Source: Candidatus Omnitrophota bacterium
GTDB lineage: Bacteria; Ratteibacteria; UBA8468; MWAK01
Direction of reading: 5' to 3'
DNA: 14,575 nt
NCBI GenBank assembly: GCA_043797665.1
Contig: JAZDPL010000078.1
Span: 1 to 14,575 of the forward strand
Each line of letters opens with the position of its first letter. The first letter of the stretch is position 1. The notes under the pieces were generated by a model. The model had not been told where the DNA came from. It ran no database searches and saw only the letters and a program-made list of their open reading frames with translations. Positions 12,618-14,575 of the stretch are shown piece after piece. A program made the position numbers and the translations under genes.

Positions 12618-13237
12618 AAATGAAATATCCAAAATTACGGGAAATAAAAGAGGCGCTTACTTCGCTCTTTTCCAAACCTTATACCAGTAAATTTCCCTAC
12701 CAGCCCCATACTCCGGAAAAGCGTTTCCGGGGTAAGCCGGAATATTATAAGGAACATTGTGTCGGGTGCACTGCCTGCGCTCAGGTCTGTCCCAGCGGTG
12801 CCATTGAGTGGTCCGATGATATCAAGAGTACTCCGCCGGTGCGTCGTCTTGTCCTCCGTTATGACCTCTGTATCTTCTGCGGACAGTGCCAGGCGAACTG
12901 TATTACGGAAAAAGGGATTCAGTTATCGCAGAAATTTGACCTGGCTGGTTTTAGCCGGGAGGATATGAAGGTGACTCAGGAGAACGAACTGGTTCTCTGC
13001 GAAGGGTGCGGTGAGGTGGCAGGCACCAAAGACCACCTCCGGTTTATCCGGGAGAAGATTGGTTCTTTGTCCTTAGCCAATGAAGATAACCTTCTTTTAC
13101 TTCAGGAAGAATTGGGTTTGTCACCAGGTCTCAAAGGTAAGATTGACCTTTCCCTAAAACGGAGCGATCTCTTCCGGGTCCTCTGTCCCAAGTGCCGTCG
13201 GGACATCCATCTCTCCGACGAGTGGAACCTTAAGTAA
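12614..13237 (+). CDS. NuoI/HycF/MbhN-like 2x[4Fe-4S] subunit with extra C-terminal CxxC...CxxC
   Basis: YTSKFP, FRGKP, CVGCTACAQVCP, CIFCGQCQANC, then CEGC and CPKC. Confidence 0.92.
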   Translation: MKMKYPKLREIKEALTSLFSKPYTSKFPYQPHTPEKRFRGKPEYYKEHCVGCTACAQVCPSGAIEWSDDIKSTPPVRRLVLRYDLCIFCGQCQANCITEKGIQLSQKFDLAGFSREDMKVTQENELVLCEGCGEVAGTKDHLRFIREKIGSLSLANEDNLLLLQEELGLSPGLKGKIDLSLKRSDLFRVLCPKCRRDIHLSDEWNLK

Positions 13238-13315
13238 AAATCCGAAATCCTATCCAACAATTTAATGCCCTGAACTGAGCAACACGACATTAAAATTACG
13301 TGGAAGGAAAATGGA

Positions 13316-14257
13316 ATGAAAGATTTTGATGTTTTGCTCAGTCTCGTTGAGAAACACCCCTTGCGAAAGGTGGCGGTCGCCGTCGCTCAGGATTCCTCGG
13401 TTATCCAGGCAATGGCGGAGGCATGGAAACGGAACATTGCTCAGTCGGTGCTGGTAGGTGACGAACGCGAGATACGCGAAGTGGCGGAAGCAACCGGATC
13501 GTCCCTGGACGGGATGACCATAGTCAACGAGGCCGATTCGTTGCGGGGCGTGGCCAGAGCTGTCAGCATGGTCTCTGCCGGAGAAGCAGACATCCTGATG
13601 AAGGGTTACGTTCATACCGATGATTTCCTGAGGGGTGTTCTTAACAAGGAATACGGTCTGCGTTCCGGAACCATCATGAGTCACGTCTTTGTGGCTGAGG
13701 TCCGCGAGTGGAATAAACTGGTGTTTATCACCGATGGTGCCATGAACATATCACCGAACCTTGAGCAGAAGGCGATGATACTGCTGAACGCAGTGCATCT
13801 GGCGAATACCTTTGGGGTTATGAAACCAAAGGTCGCAGTGCTGGCGGCTGTGGAACTTGTGAACCCGGCCATGCAGGCGACACTGGATGCTGCGGCGTTG
13901 GCGGCAATGGCGAATCGCAGTCAGTTCGTCCCGGAGTGTACGGTTGACGGCCCGTTTGCGCTGGACAACGCTGTGTCACCCGAAGCGGCCCGACACAAGA
14001 AGATAGGGGGTCCGGTAGCCGGACAGGCGGATATTCTGCTTGTGCCGGATATCGAGGCAGGCAACATGCTTGCGAAGTCGTTCGTTTACTTCGCAAACTG
14101 TCGGTTGGTCGGCCTGCTTGTCGGCGCTAAGACTCCGGTCGTTCTGACAAGCAGAGCAGACAGTATGGAATCGAAGTTACTCTCGGTTGCCGGGGCCGTG
14201 CTTATGGTTAACATGAAGCGGGTCCTGCAATTGAAGATTGGAAAGGTTCATTATTAG
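13316..14257 (+). CDS. ptb: Phosphate butyryltransferase / phosphate acyltransferase (PTA_PTB family)
   Basis: KVAVAVAQD, ADILMKG.VHT, SHVFV, ITDGAMNISP, AAVELVNPAMQATLDA, VDGPFALDNAVS, DILLVPDIEAGN, PVVLTSRADS. Acyl-chain specificity cannot be read from the sequence. Confidence 0.9.
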   Translation: MKDFDVLLSLVEKHPLRKVAVAVAQDSSVIQAMAEAWKRNIAQSVLVGDEREIREVAEATGSSLDGMTIVNEADSLRGVARAVSMVSAGEADILMKGYVHTDDFLRGVLNKEYGLRSGTIMSHVFVAEVREWNKLVFITDGAMNISPNLEQKAMILLNAVHLANTFGVMKPKVAVLAAVELVNPAMQATLDAAALAAMANRSQFVPECTVDGPFALDNAVSPEAARHKKIGGPVAGQADILLVPDIEAGNMLAKSFVYFANCRLVGLLVGAKTPVVLTSRADSMESKLLSVAGAVLMVNMKRVLQLKIGKVHY

Positions 14258-14292
14258 GTGACAAACCAGGCGGTTCTTATCAAATCCGCCCC

Positions 14293-14575
14293 TTACCGGG
14301 CAGACTCTTTTGAAAGTTCCTCCATAATAATCCAGTAGGGGTCGGTCTTGGGATATTCCAGGTCAAAAGTGAGACCGTTTTTCGTAATTTTAAGTCCGTC
14401 CTTTTTCCCGGTGACCTCCCCGACGACGCTGCTCAGAATATTATTTTCCCTGAAAGCCGATACCACCTGCCCGGCTTCCTTCGGGTCCACCATAGCGATG
14501 AGGGTGCCTTCGCTTATGGCCGAATAGGGGTCAATCCGGAAGTGTTCGCAGGTTTTGGTGATAACCTCCTGCTTA
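14293..14575 (-). CDS. C-terminal end of a HypE-like / AIR-synthase (PurM) superfamily protein (5' part outside the window)
   Basis: The frame is open from the right edge: KQEVITKTCEHFRIDPYSAISEGTLIAMVDP...SSVVGEV...YPKTDPYW...SAR*. DP.S..SEGTL and VVGEV fit the AIRS C-terminal domain, but it lacks the C-terminal PRIC of canonical HypE. Confidence 0.75.
   Translation of the reverse strand, partial: KQEVITKTCEHFRIDPYSAISEGTLIAMVDPKEAGQVVSAFRENNILSSVVGEVTGKKDGLKITKNGLTFDLEYPKTDPYWIIMEELSKESAR

Noticed and set aside
3131..13237. Complex I (nuo), Mbx/Mbs or Ehr annotation
   Set aside because: The large subunit retains all four Ni-ligating cysteines (CGIC, CYSC) and the small subunit has CxxC rather than the tandem CC of NuoB.
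13238..13294. AAATCCG-AAATCC short tandem and TTTAATG/CATTAAA inverted repeat upstream of ptb
   Set aside because: Both are short, AT-rich and single-instance, so they cannot be distinguished from chance here.
14269..14290. GGCGG...CCGCC hairpin between convergent genes as a terminator
   Set aside because: The stem is only 5 bp with a 12-nt loop and no U-tract; too weak to call.

Overview
The window is dominated by a compact 16-gene plus-strand operon (780-13237) encoding a membrane-bound, Mrp-antiporter-linked group 4 [NiFe]-hydrogenase (Mbh/group 4g-like). The large subunit has both Ni-binding motifs intact (RICGIC, DPCYSCTER). The operon is headed by a sulfhydrogenase beta/gamma (AsrA/AsrB, FlxCD/FlxA-like) NAD(P)H-diaphorase pair and a HycB-like 4x[4Fe-4S] protein, without the partners that pair usually has. 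This suggests a pyridine-nucleotide-linked energy-converting hydrogenase (inference). On the left is a divergent, partial PilB/GspE-type ATPase whose predicted promoter shares its -35 box with the operon promoter. On the right are a phosphate butyryltransferase-family gene and the 3' end of a convergent HypE/AIR-synthase-like gene. Palindromic repeats are dense: seven GTAG-type REP doublets (REPIN-like) with covarying stems and one shared polarity, five of them flanked by remnants of a ~29-bp outer inverted repeat; a second GTCA-type palindrome family; and a third palindromic repeat translated in frame inside mnhE. Every non-overlapping gene junction inside the operon contains a repeat. All calls come from reading motifs by eye; no database search was run.
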